Virus record (IMG/VR): IMGVR_UViG_3300022205_000002 | Source of the DNA: a virus | Length of the DNA stretch: 59,926 nt | Reading direction: 5' to 3' (one strand) | Shown: piece by piece, positions 23,945 through 32,627 of the stretch | How the letters are laid out: each line of letters starts with the position of its first letter | Numbering within the stretch: the first letter of the stretch is position 1 | The notes under the pieces: model-generated | What the model was told of the DNA's origin: nothing | The model's database searches: none | What the model saw: only the letters and a program-made list of their open reading frames with translations | Position numbers and translations under genes: made by a program

Positions 23945-24799
23945 TTACAACACTACCTTTCTTACATCGATTACTTTGTAATCCTCTACCACAACGACGC
24001 AATAACCAAGCTCAACAGGCCGTAACATCATCCGTTCTGCATAACCCGATACGCCTCTATCACCGTATAACTTAACCATGCTTCCAGTATTAGCATACCA
24101 ACGATGATCAGGATGGATATACTTAGTGGTTCCCGGATCAGTGACATAACCTTGTGTAATTTTCTTTCCATCATCTATCAAATATAACTCGTGTTTGGGT
24201 TCAACAACTATAAGTTTATGAGTATGGCCCATGGCCATAACCTTGCAATCTCCGGCCAAGTATTGCAGTTTCATTTTTAAATTAGCCTGTAGATTCGCAT
24301 CGCGCTGTATAGGGTCTTTCGCCGCCGATTTAACAGCGCCGTTGCCATGAGTAACAAATATTTTATACTTGATTTTTTCTTCAGAATCTGTTATTACATA
24401 CTTCGCGCTGTACGTGCCGAACGGAACATTTAATTCCTTGCATACCAGTTCCTTGATGAAATTGCCGACCTTGAGCCAGCGCAAATCGTGGTTACCTTCG
24501 TGAATACCAAGCAAGCGTTTTGCCTTGGCGAGCGGTGTTAGTTTGTCTATAACGCCTTGGTATTGGCGCAGTGTGACCGATTTATCAGGGTCAACACTAT
24601 CAGCTTGATAACGCTTGTCATCAACCGCTATCGCTTCCACCGTGTCGCCACCGTGAATCATATAACGGTTTGATTTTGACATCACGTAATCAATAACGTT
24701 TGCTATACCGTGTTTGTATTGAAGCGCTGAACCTTCGTGCCAGTCACTGGTAAGTATTATTTCCGCCGATTTAGGAAGCTTGCATTTTATCAATTCCAT
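23945..24799 (-). CDS. Calcineurin-like metallophosphoesterase (phosphatase or nuclease)
   Basis: 284 aa. SDWHEG, HGGDT, EGNHD, THGNG and MGHTHK occur in the canonical order. Confidence 0.8.
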   Translation of the reverse strand: MELIKCKLPKSAEIILTSDWHEGSALQYKHGIANVIDYVMSKSNRYMIHGGDTVEAIAVDDKRYQADSVDPDKSVTLRQYQGVIDKLTPLAKAKRLLGIHEGNHDLRWLKVGNFIKELVCKELNVPFGTYSAKYVITDSEEKIKYKIFVTHGNGAVKSAAKDPIQRDANLQANLKMKLQYLAGDCKVMAMGHTHKLIVVEPKHELYLIDDGKKITQGYVTDPGTTKYIHPDHRWYANTGSMVKLYGDRGVSGYAERMMLRPVELGYCVVVVEDYKVIDVRKVVL

Positions 24800-24801
24800 C
24801 T

Positions 24802-25200
24802 TTATTCCCTTTCCGCTATTGATTTACGTATGTTGTTTAACATCTCCTCATATTTATCTTTTATTACAGAATTGTGAGTAGTCATATATTTTTTTATCCC
24901 CTGAATCAAATAATCAGAAGTAGCAAACAACTCGCATTCATAATAAGTGTACCCTGAATCAGTGCCGCCATTGTGTAACTCTAACTCATAATAGTACGTA
25001 TTACTTGACGTATCATAGCCGATCTTTCTGATTGTTCCGTGTGCATATTTATATGAGTGCAAACAGCATGCATATCTATCGCCGTTAGCATTTACTTTAC
25101 CTATATTAGGATCGTGTGTATACACAACGTGTATACCGTATACACTTTGCCCAAATTTATACTTCGGCTGCTTGATTTCAATTTGTTGTGTATTTTCCAT
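24802..25200 (-). CDS. Hypothetical protein (132 aa)
   Basis: Co-directional ORF. No motif recognised. Confidence 0.55.
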   Translation of the reverse strand: MENTQQIEIKQPKYKFGQSVYGIHVVYTHDPNIGKVNANGDRYACCLHSYKYAHGTIRKIGYDTSSNTYYYELELHNGGTDSGYTYYECELFATSDYLIQGIKKYMTTHNSVIKDKYEEMLNNIRKSIAERE

Positions 25201-25202
25201 AG

Positions 25203-25508
25203 TTATTCCTTTCTGTATCCTTGGTTTATCATTCGTATAGCATAATTATATTCACGGCATTTTATACATATCACATGGTCGCCGTCATAGTTACTGTTGA
25301 GTTTATCCCCGCATCGATTACAACGCGTCTTATCCGCTTTGTTAATAGCCCGTCTGCGTCGGCTCCGTGCCGTTTCCTGCTTGTGGCATCGTTCACAAGT
25401 CGAATGCTGTAGATAAAGAGCGCCGCCGCATTCAGTGCATTGCCGGTTTAGTCTGCGTCTTGCGCGGCGTTCCTTTCTGTACTCGCTATGGGTTTTGCGC
25501 TGTTTCAT
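25203..25508 (-). CDS. Arg-rich, Cys-rich zinc-finger-like protein (101 aa)
   Basis: CTECGG...CERCHK...CNRCGD...CIKC, with RKERRARRRL and RSRRRRA stretches. Confidence 0.55.
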   Translation of the reverse strand: MKQRKTHSEYRKERRARRRLNRQCTECGGALYLQHSTCERCHKQETARSRRRRAINKADKTRCNRCGDKLNSNYDGDHVICIKCREYNYAIRMINQGYRKE

Positions 25509-25674
25509 TGTGAGTAAGGTTTTCGTCTATCGCTTCAATTATTTTAGTCAACGCCATGTCACAACAAACATTCTCGCCATTGCTGGATAACTGATACGCT
25601 TCATAAATAATCTTGTCCCGTATATCATTAAGCGCTTTGTTGTATCCCGTCTCAAAGATCACATCACCTGTCAT
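25486..25674 (-). CDS. Hypothetical protein (62 aa)
   Basis: Co-directional ORF. No motif recognised. Confidence 0.45.
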   Translation of the reverse strand: MTGDVIFETGYNKALNDIRDKIIYEAYQLSSNGENVCCDMALTKIIEAIDENLTHNETAQNP

Positions 25675-25702
25675 TGTTCTTTATCTCCTTTTTGTTTCTT
25701 CA

Positions 25703-26056
25703 TCACCATAGCCGCCACCATGGCCACAGATCTTTAATATCTTCGTTAGTTTTCCTTATTTCCTCTTCGCGTTCTTTTTCGGCTTCTTCCTTTTTGTCAT
25801 GTTCCTTCCACCGCTTTTTTATGCGCTCCATCTTTTCTAAATAATAACTATTGTCTAAACCTATATGGATATGTTTATCATCATGTTTAAAAGCGTACTC
25901 TTCATCTTTCACACGCCCTTTAACATACCTCAACACAATATATTCATGGTTCATGGCGCTGACTACTGCCATACCATCAAAGCGTTGATCAAATCCATGT
26001 TCAGGGTTCGTGATTTGACATACATACACAATCTGTCCGACTTCGAATTTACTCAT
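25703..26056 (-). CDS. Hypothetical protein (117 aa), N-terminal paralog of 9679..10068
   Basis: MSKFEVGQIVYV... with a charged C-terminal tail. Confidence 0.6.
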   Translation of the reverse strand: MSKFEVGQIVYVCQITNPEHGFDQRFDGMAVVSAMNHEYIVLRYVKGRVKDEEYAFKHDDKHIHIGLDNSYYLEKMERIKKRWKEHDKKEEAEKEREEEIRKTNEDIKDLWPWWRLW

Positions 26057-26303
26057 TGTTCTTTATCCTTCCATGTAACGTTTGAAGATTAGCCCAAAAG
26101 TGAGCAGGGCGACCGACAATCTCCTCAAGCTTTACTGCTACATCTTGAGTAATCGGCACTTTTCCCTCAAGTATTCCGTTAATAACGGTCTCCTCAATCC
26201 CAGCCTTGGCAGCTAAATCCTTCGACGACATATGTAAAAATTCAAGATAATCCTCCAGAACTTCTCCGGGCGTGGCTAAACTACTCATTTCCCCGTGTTC
26301 CAT
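26049..26303 (-). CDS. HTH transcriptional regulator, XRE/HigA-antidote-like
   Basis: 84 aa. PGEVLEDYLEFLHMSSKDLAAKAGIEETVINGILEGKVPITQDVAVKLEEIVGRPAHFWANLQ. An alternative start at 26288 is possible. Confidence 0.7.
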   Translation of the reverse strand: MEHGEMSSLATPGEVLEDYLEFLHMSSKDLAAKAGIEETVINGILEGKVPITQDVAVKLEEIVGRPAHFWANLQTLHGRIKNNE

Positions 26304-26545
26304 TTCTGCCTCGCTTTGTTTATATCCACCATGAGCGCCATAACTTCTTTCGTGCAGTGATACTTGTCACCATCATATGTAAATATGATAGATTTGTAAT
26401 CATCGTGAAACGGATGAACGCTTTCCTTGATGCACTTTATATCATTGACGTTAATACACACTATATGATGTGCAGATTTTGAGGAAACAGTCCCGTAAAC
26501 CTCAATCGCTATCATATATCCAACCATCTCTTCGTTGTTTTCCAT
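26285..26545 (-). CDS. Hypothetical protein (86 aa)
   Basis: Co-directional ORF, coupled to its neighbours. Confidence 0.5.
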   Translation of the reverse strand: MENNEEMVGYMIAIEVYGTVSSKSAHHIVCINVNDIKCIKESVHPFHDDYKSIIFTYDGDKYHCTKEVMALMVDINKARQKWNTGK

Positions 26546-26727
26546 TAGTCGTCCTCCCTATGTTTTTTCCTATTCCACAAAAAAGAGCAATACCATTTAG
26601 CTCCACAATCACATTCATAACTTGCATATCTTGCCTGATGGTAACTTGCATATTTTCTCTCATCCCATGATCCACGTACCTTTTTTCCACATTCAGGGCA
26701 GATATTGGGTTCTTGCTCGTTTTCCAT
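26545..26727 (-). CDS. Zinc-ribbon protein (60 aa)
   Basis: CPECGKK...YECDCGAKWYC. Confidence 0.5.
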   Translation of the reverse strand: MENEQEPNICPECGKKVRGSWDERKYASYHQARYASYECDCGAKWYCSFLWNRKKHREDD

Positions 26728-26957
26728 TATTCAACTCTCCTATTCGATTGTACTGCGTACCAGTTAAAAGCGCGTCGCCATACAAATGACCTGCCTATTG
26801 ATATGACGGTATAAAAACAAGTCACCTCGAACGCGGTTTTGATATTAACGTCAAATCCCCATAGCGGCAATATATAAATTGTAGCAAGCCATGAAACTCC
26901 AAAACCAGACGTTGTATTTAATATCGCTTCTACAAGCGACTCTTTCCTAGTTTGCAT
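26727..26957 (-). CDS. Small membrane protein (76 aa)
   Basis: Two hydrophobic segments, GFGVSWLATIYILPLWGF and CFYTVISIGRSFVW. Confidence 0.5.
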   Translation of the reverse strand: MQTRKESLVEAILNTTSGFGVSWLATIYILPLWGFDVNIKTAFEVTCFYTVISIGRSFVWRRAFNWYAVQSNRRVE

Positions 26958-26966
26958 TATGTTCTG

Positions 26967-27182
26967 TTATCTATAAAATGATCTGTTTATGGTTTGTACC
27001 AATTCCGTCAATTCTTCTTTTGTGAAATACGACATAGACGATTCATGCCAACGCTCCAATTCATCTCGCAAAGATATTATCTTGTCGCGTAGTTCTGTTT
27101 CCGTTATATCATCCTCCATCAATCTCTTGGCTTTCCTGAAAGTCTCGCCGTTGTCTGTCCATAGATTTTTAAGTGATATCAT
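26967..27182 (-). CDS. Hypothetical protein (71 aa)
   Basis: Co-directional ORF. No motif recognised. Confidence 0.5.
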   Translation of the reverse strand: MISLKNLWTDNGETFRKAKRLMEDDITETELRDKIISLRDELERWHESSMSYFTKEELTELVQTINRSFYR

Positions 27183-28081
27183 TTTGAACCTCCTGTTTTT
27201 TCCTTCAGTAGTGACACCATATTAATTTGCTTACTCATGGCGTTTTCCATATTTTTCACGGCCATTTTATAGTAACTCTCTTTCAACTCAACGCCTATAA
27301 ATTTCCTGCCTTCATTAACCGCCACAAAGCCCTCGGAGCCTATCCCCATGAACGGCGAATATACAACATCGTCTGGCCGTGTCCACAATTCCATGGCGCG
27401 CTGTATCACGTCAAGTTGAAGTGGGCAGATATGGCGTTCGTCATTGTTATCTCGTGCGCTTCTGTATTGTAGTGTATTGCTTGGGTTAATGTCCATCCAG
27501 ACGGGTGAAGCGTACTCCTGCCAGACCGCTACAGGAAACGATTCATTGGTATGAGTGACAGGCTTGATATTTTCGCCTGGCTTGCGCATCGTCACAAGGT
27601 AATCAGGGATACCTTGCCGACTCATGCACGAATCCTTTTTAAGCTGTTTATGTAGCAATCCCAGCGCCTTTGTTCTCTGCATCGCTGTAACCGGGTCTTT
27701 CCATATACAAACTTCACTATGAAAAATCCAACCTTCCTCTATGAACATGCGAATCAATTCGCCGCGAAAATCACGGATACCTATAAAGCCATCGCGCTGT
27801 TTCGATGTAGGCAGGTTCATACAGTGAAAAGATAACAAGCGGCCCGGCGCTGTTACCCTGAATAGTTCTTTAACCAAGAAGCGGAATTGTATATAAAATT
27901 CCTGTTCTGTTTTGCAGTTGCCCATGTCGTATTCACTGTTGCTGTACACATACAGCGATGAAAACGGCGGCGAGAAAATAGTATAATCTATACTGTTTTC
28001 AGGTAGCGCCGAAGTCACGTTAACGCAATCGGCATTATACAAAGTGTAATTGTCTGTGGTGATCTGATCCAGTACTTTCAT
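27179..28081 (-). CDS. DNA methyltransferase, N4-cytosine/N6-adenine family (beta-class motif order)
   Basis: 300 aa. Motif IV IFSPPF is near the N-terminus. The AdoMet motif HICPLQLDV...VVYSPFMGIGSEG...FIGVELK is near the C-terminus. Confidence 0.8.
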   Translation of the reverse strand: MKVLDQITTDNYTLYNADCVNVTSALPENSIDYTIFSPPFSSLYVYSNSEYDMGNCKTEQEFYIQFRFLVKELFRVTAPGRLLSFHCMNLPTSKQRDGFIGIRDFRGELIRMFIEEGWIFHSEVCIWKDPVTAMQRTKALGLLHKQLKKDSCMSRQGIPDYLVTMRKPGENIKPVTHTNESFPVAVWQEYASPVWMDINPSNTLQYRSARDNNDERHICPLQLDVIQRAMELWTRPDDVVYSPFMGIGSEGFVAVNEGRKFIGVELKESYYKMAVKNMENAMSKQINMVSLLKEKTGGSK

Positions 28082-28093
28082 TCTATTTATTCC

Positions 28094-28921
28094 TTATTTA
28101 AATAACGATTCTTGCATGATAGGCCTTATAAAAATACCGTTATTTTTAGGCCAGTATTCCATAACTTTGACATTATGATAATTTATCAGCGAATGATTCT
28201 GCAATAACTCTACTCTACTAGTGCCTGAAAAATCAAGTAAAAAATCATCGAATAGTTTTTTATTATTCTCGCTTAAATTATTGTAGTGATTGCTATCATG
28301 TTTATAACCCTTGCCTATAAAAATTCCTTTGCCGCTGATCGTTAAAACATGGCCCGCCCTACTTCCGAAACTCCAAGTTGATGAATCCACACTATAAAAG
28401 GGAAAGTCATTTAACAACTTACGGCGCGATATCCCGAAGCCGTGTATTTTTATTTTAGGTTTTCCAGAAGTATCACAAACATGATTAAATAACGACATTA
28501 GAAATTTATATTTAGCCTGACTTTTAAGCCTTGTCATATTCCCTACCGCTAGATATTTATAACCGGTTTCTATATATTTATCAAGCCACTTAAAGTCACA
28601 CCCTGCATGAAAAACAGGGATAGGATAAATTCCCAAACGTTCTAATTCAATTTGGTTCTGGTATGTAATATCAGGATTGTTTGCTGGATCATCTATATTA
28701 GCATATAGTTGTATATTGTTATCTTTTATAAAATTAGCATAATCTGGTAGATTTACTTTCAGCCCTGTTTTACGCGCCGTATATGTTCCTGAATCTAAAA
28801 AGAAGTTATTTTGATGCGTTTTCAATGCCTTTATAGCTTTATTTTTATAGGCGTACGATTCTAGTACAGGGAAATTATCAAAGAATGAATCCCCGCTGGC
28901 CGATGCGTAGTATAAAATCAT
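28094..28921 (-). CDS. dpdA: DpdA-like DNA transglycosylase (TGT superfamily) for 7-deazaguanine insertion
   Basis: 275 aa. FFLDSGTYTA...PIPVFHAG...YLAVGNM...IHGFGIS...YSVDSSTW fits the phage DpdA motif order. It is translationally coupled to queE. Confidence 0.7.
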   Translation of the reverse strand: MILYYASASGDSFFDNFPVLESYAYKNKAIKALKTHQNNFFLDSGTYTARKTGLKVNLPDYANFIKDNNIQLYANIDDPANNPDITYQNQIELERLGIYPIPVFHAGCDFKWLDKYIETGYKYLAVGNMTRLKSQAKYKFLMSLFNHVCDTSGKPKIKIHGFGISRRKLLNDFPFYSVDSSTWSFGSRAGHVLTISGKGIFIGKGYKHDSNHYNNLSENNKKLFDDFLLDFSGTSRVELLQNHSLINYHNVKVMEYWPKNNGIFIRPIMQESLFK

Positions 28922-29535
28922 CTTATGCCTATATATTTATGGCCTTGCAACGAAAGCCTAACGCGATACAATTTACAAAGCTCCACTGTTTTCGATATAT
29001 TATGAAGATTATCGATATCACTTTTTACCAGCATAGGCTGAAGGAATACACCCTTGTTAGTCATAGGCGGAGGAACTAACCGTTTGGGTATAGGACTATT
29101 ATTAAATTCATAATTACAATCAATTAAATACTTCCAGTAAACAGCGTGATTCAAATAATATTCATTAACTTTATTGGTTTTAGGGGATACAACAATATCA
29201 CATTTATTTAATGTTTCTAGTTTAATATGAGCGTCGGGAGGGAGTACACCGTTAGTTTCTATTTGTACTTTGCCATACGGTAATAACGCTTCAATTAGAT
29301 ATGATATATTTTGTTTAAAAGGCTCCCCGCCTGTTATAACAAAAAAACTATTAACGCTGCATAGATCAATGGCATGCAGTATATCGCTTGTTGACATTGA
29401 AGTATAATCTACGTGATCAGTATCACAGAATTCACAAGTTAAATTACATCCGCTTAATCTTATGAACGTAGCAGGAACACCTGTAAACGGGCCTTCGCAT
29501 TGGATACTATAAAATATTTCGTTTACATTTAACAT
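28918..29535 (-). CDS. queE: 7-carboxy-7-deazaguanine synthase (radical SAM)
   Basis: 205 aa. NEIFYSIQCEGPFTGVPATFIRLSGCNLTCEFCDTDH closely parallels the N-terminus of bacterial QueE. Confidence 0.85.
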   Translation of the reverse strand: MLNVNEIFYSIQCEGPFTGVPATFIRLSGCNLTCEFCDTDHVDYTSMSTSDILHAIDLCSVNSFFVITGGEPFKQNISYLIEALLPYGKVQIETNGVLPPDAHIKLETLNKCDIVVSPKTNKVNEYYLNHAVYWKYLIDCNYEFNNSPIPKRLVPPPMTNKGVFLQPMLVKSDIDNLHNISKTVELCKLYRVRLSLQGHKYIGIR

Positions 29536-29954
29536 TATATAGAGGCTCCATATTCAGCATACGCTGATGATGTTTCCCACAATCGTATATTCAGCCAGTT
29601 CAAGTTATCGTGATTGCGCAAACCAAGTCTAAACAACTGCCACAAATTAGTGACTATATTTTCTGCTGTAGGAATATAATCAACTATAACTATTTTTAAC
29701 ATCAAGTTTTTTATTTCACTTATTAACGGGTCATCTTCGCTTATTATCAAAGCATGATCTAATGGAGCCGTAACAGCCATTATAATATTTTTTAAATCTT
29801 TAAAATCTAACAAAAATCCATTCTGTTTATCAAGTACTCCGCCTATAGTAACTTCCAGTTTATAGCTATGGCCGTGAATATTGCAGCAAGCTCCATCATA
29901 GTTAAATAATCTATGCGCCATTTCTATATTGTAAATTTTTGTTATTTTGAGCAT
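29535..29954 (-). CDS. queD: 6-carboxy-5,6,7,8-tetrahydropterin synthase
   Basis: 139 aa. EMAHRL...CCNIHGHSYKLEVTIGG...LLDFKDLK fits the QueD/PTPS family pattern. Confidence 0.85.
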   Translation of the reverse strand: MLKITKIYNIEMAHRLFNYDGACCNIHGHSYKLEVTIGGVLDKQNGFLLDFKDLKNIIMAVTAPLDHALIISEDDPLISEIKNLMLKIVIVDYIPTAENIVTNLWQLFRLGLRNHDNLNWLNIRLWETSSAYAEYGASI

Positions 29955-31327
29955 AAAAACTCCGGTATGTTTAAAGTCTTTTCAGGTTTATATTGTGTCA
30001 CTCCGCGAGAAGTATTGCTTATTTCCCGCTCCATGTACCCGCGCATTTGCTGTATCATTTGTCTTGACATTTCATCCATTTGTAACTCTTTGCGCTTGAG
30101 ATTATGCGCAATCGCTCCCTCCGCTTCTGATCCTATAACGTGAACATGTACAGGCTTATTCTGGCCGAAACGCCAACAGCGCCGAATCGCTTGATAAAAC
30201 TGCTCCCACGAATCCGACAAGCCTACAAATACCATGTTGTTACAATGCTGCCAGTTCATGCCAAAGCCTGCTATACTCGGTTTGGTTATCAGTACCCGCA
30301 GTTTACCGTCGGTAAAATTATCTATAGTGGTTTCTTTCCATTCAATCTTATCCGCTCCCTTTACCGCTTGCGCATCGCTTATTTGTTTATCAAGTAAATC
30401 TGATTCAGTGTTCAAATGACACCATACTAGAAATGATTCACTAGAATTATTAACGATATCAGCGCATTTATTAACGCGGTCATGCAGTGATTCGCGCTTT
30501 GCTTTATTGCGTCCCTGTAGTCCGGGTTCCATTATCGGAAACAGAAAACCTTCAGCCGGTTTTGATTCCACAATATGCTCGTGAATAATCATATCCGGCA
30601 AACTATAGCCTTCATCATCAAACCCAATATCAGACGGTTTCTTGATGCATACCGCCCAACTCGCCAGCCATTCCCAGAATTTAATTCTGCCGTGGCCCTT
30701 TAATCGCCATTTATTTGTATCCCCTCCATCATGAGTAAAGTACATAGCCAGCATTTCCGTCATTGTCATCAAGCCTAAAAACTCCGCCTGATTGCCTAGC
30801 TCCATATGGTCATTAGGTGATGGCGTTGCCGTGCATGACAATTTATAGGGAGTTTCAATACACGCGTCGATGAGCGCTTTTCTTATCTTGCCCTCTTGAT
30901 GTTTTATTATGCTGGATTCATCAAGTACAACGCCACTGAATATTGACAAGTCAAACTTGCCGATCATTTCATAGTTAGTTATATTTATACCATCAATAAC
31001 TTGACTCTGCGCCCTGCAATAATTTATTCCGTCAATGCCAAACTTCTCACCTTCGTGAATCGTTTGATGGGCAACGCAAAGCGGCGCTATAATCAATACT
31101 GGTTTATTGGTTTTGATATAGACATGCTTGGCCCATTCCAATTGCATTATTGTTTTGCCTAGTCCGGTATCGGCGAATATAGCGGCCTTGCCTTTTTTCA
31201 GCGCCCACTTTACTATAGCTTTTTGGAATGGAAACAGTCCGTTATTTAACGCGCTTTCATCAACATCAAAACCAGCCAACTCGAACGCTACAAGCTTTGA
31301 CGTAACGAATTTATCATACTCATTCAT
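29942..31327 (-). CDS. SNF2/DEAD-like SF2 helicase
   Basis: 461 aa. IFADTGLGKT (I), VVLDESSIIKH (II), SCTATPSPND (III), GFGMNWQHCNNMVFVG, and FYQAIRRCWRFGQ (VI). Confidence 0.85.
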   Translation of the reverse strand: MNEYDKFVTSKLVAFELAGFDVDESALNNGLFPFQKAIVKWALKKGKAAIFADTGLGKTIMQLEWAKHVYIKTNKPVLIIAPLCVAHQTIHEGEKFGIDGINYCRAQSQVIDGINITNYEMIGKFDLSIFSGVVLDESSIIKHQEGKIRKALIDACIETPYKLSCTATPSPNDHMELGNQAEFLGLMTMTEMLAMYFTHDGGDTNKWRLKGHGRIKFWEWLASWAVCIKKPSDIGFDDEGYSLPDMIIHEHIVESKPAEGFLFPIMEPGLQGRNKAKRESLHDRVNKCADIVNNSSESFLVWCHLNTESDLLDKQISDAQAVKGADKIEWKETTIDNFTDGKLRVLITKPSIAGFGMNWQHCNNMVFVGLSDSWEQFYQAIRRCWRFGQNKPVHVHVIGSEAEGAIAHNLKRKELQMDEMSRQMIQQMRGYMEREISNTSRGVTQYKPEKTLNIPEFLCSK

Positions 31328-31342
31328 TATTCTATTACCCGG

Positions 31343-32320
31343 TTATATGTTGACAACAGGCATCATGATAATTTGCAATTGTCCGTATTCATTCGAAAAT
31401 AGCGCCGGAATATTCTTATCCTGCCCTATAGTAAATGTGGTAGTTCCTGCAATGGCTTGTTTAAACCGAGCCAGCGGCAATCCATATTTGTAGGCATTAT
31501 TAAACATATTAATATCATTAATAATTACATCGCCGCTTTGTGATTGCATAATATTGTCTACAAATATAATATTATTATCCGATGTGATATTATCTATAGT
31601 CGTTAACGCTTCCCTGAATTCTGGCGTTATCAGTTTCTTTTCCATCGCTTCCACTTTTGCCGATTGAATCTCAAATACATTTTTCAAGTCTGGAAGCTGT
31701 ACGGCTGGCGCGGCCATTTTAAAATAACAATCATCATCGGATTTAACGTATATAGCGTTGCCATCAGCTTCAAAGCCCTCGATATAATCAATTCTATTTA
31801 CAATCTTGACCAGCGCCGCCGGTATTACCATATCATCAAGCGGTATCACGCTGTTTGTGAGTGTCCCGCCGTCGGTAGCGTACGCTTGATAATCGGATAC
31901 AACTACGTAATTGTACTCACTCAAAGACTTGCCGGAGGGAGTGAACTCTATCACGCTATCCAGCGCCGTCTTGATTAAACGTGAATCGGATTCACTATAA
32001 ATGTTGGTGAACTCGTGAAGCTCCAATTCTGGCGCGTCTTTAGCTACAAGCGGAACCTGTATCCGTGTCTTACCGTCTTTGATGATCAGATTAGAATCTG
32101 TAAGCTTGAATGTCGGGAGCGCTTTACAAGCTGATATCGCTTGTATAAATTTTCTACCCGATACCGCCGCATCAAATGAACTTGGAAACGGTATTGTTAT
32201 ACCGACGATTCCATTATGTGCGTGCGCCTGTCCAGTGCTGTACAGGTATACGTTGTTGTGCTGTTCATCGCTTCCCATGGCGTGCTGTAAATGCGCCACA
32301 CGTTTAATAATTTTTTCCAT
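31343..32320 (-). CDS. DNA polymerase sliding-clamp-like protein (DnaN-like)
   Basis: 325 aa. AYATDGGTL resembles the beta-clamp ATDGHRL motif and the C-terminal LQIIMMPVVNI resembles the clamp ...MPMRL end. It lies within the replication module. I give this moderate confidence only. Confidence 0.45.
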   Translation of the reverse strand: MEKIIKRVAHLQHAMGSDEQHNNVYLYSTGQAHAHNGIVGITIPFPSSFDAAVSGRKFIQAISACKALPTFKLTDSNLIIKDGKTRIQVPLVAKDAPELELHEFTNIYSESDSRLIKTALDSVIEFTPSGKSLSEYNYVVVSDYQAYATDGGTLTNSVIPLDDMVIPAALVKIVNRIDYIEGFEADGNAIYVKSDDDCYFKMAAPAVQLPDLKNVFEIQSAKVEAMEKKLITPEFREALTTIDNITSDNNIIFVDNIMQSQSGDVIINDINMFNNAYKYGLPLARFKQAIAGTTTFTIGQDKNIPALFSNEYGQLQIIMMPVVNI

Positions 32321-32417
32321 TATCTATTCTCCTTTTTCGTCTATTATTTGTTGTAAAGCGTCTTCGATGACACTGTGTATTAGTCTATTTAAGCCTTTCA
32401 TTTTATTCTGTCCATTA

Positions 32418-32627
32418 TCAAAGTCCTATTATTTTCATTCCATTAGGGTATCGTTTTTTACATTTCATAAGCCTAAGTTGCTCGCCTTCATCCACAGAAT
32501 ATTCTATAACATCATTAAATAAATAACATAGCTCTTCCAATTGTCCAAACTTCCGATATCCCATGCAGGGACAACATCCGCAATGCTCTTTTGAATCTGT
32601 TAATATCTGATCTTTCTTATAAATCAT
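32418..32627 (-). CDS. Small Cys-rich protein (69 aa)
   Basis: HCGCCPC...C...C. Overlaps the helicase stop. Confidence 0.45.
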   Translation of the reverse strand: MIYKKDQILTDSKEHCGCCPCMGYRKFGQLEELCYLFNDVIEYSVDEGEQLRLMKCKKRYPNGMKIIGL

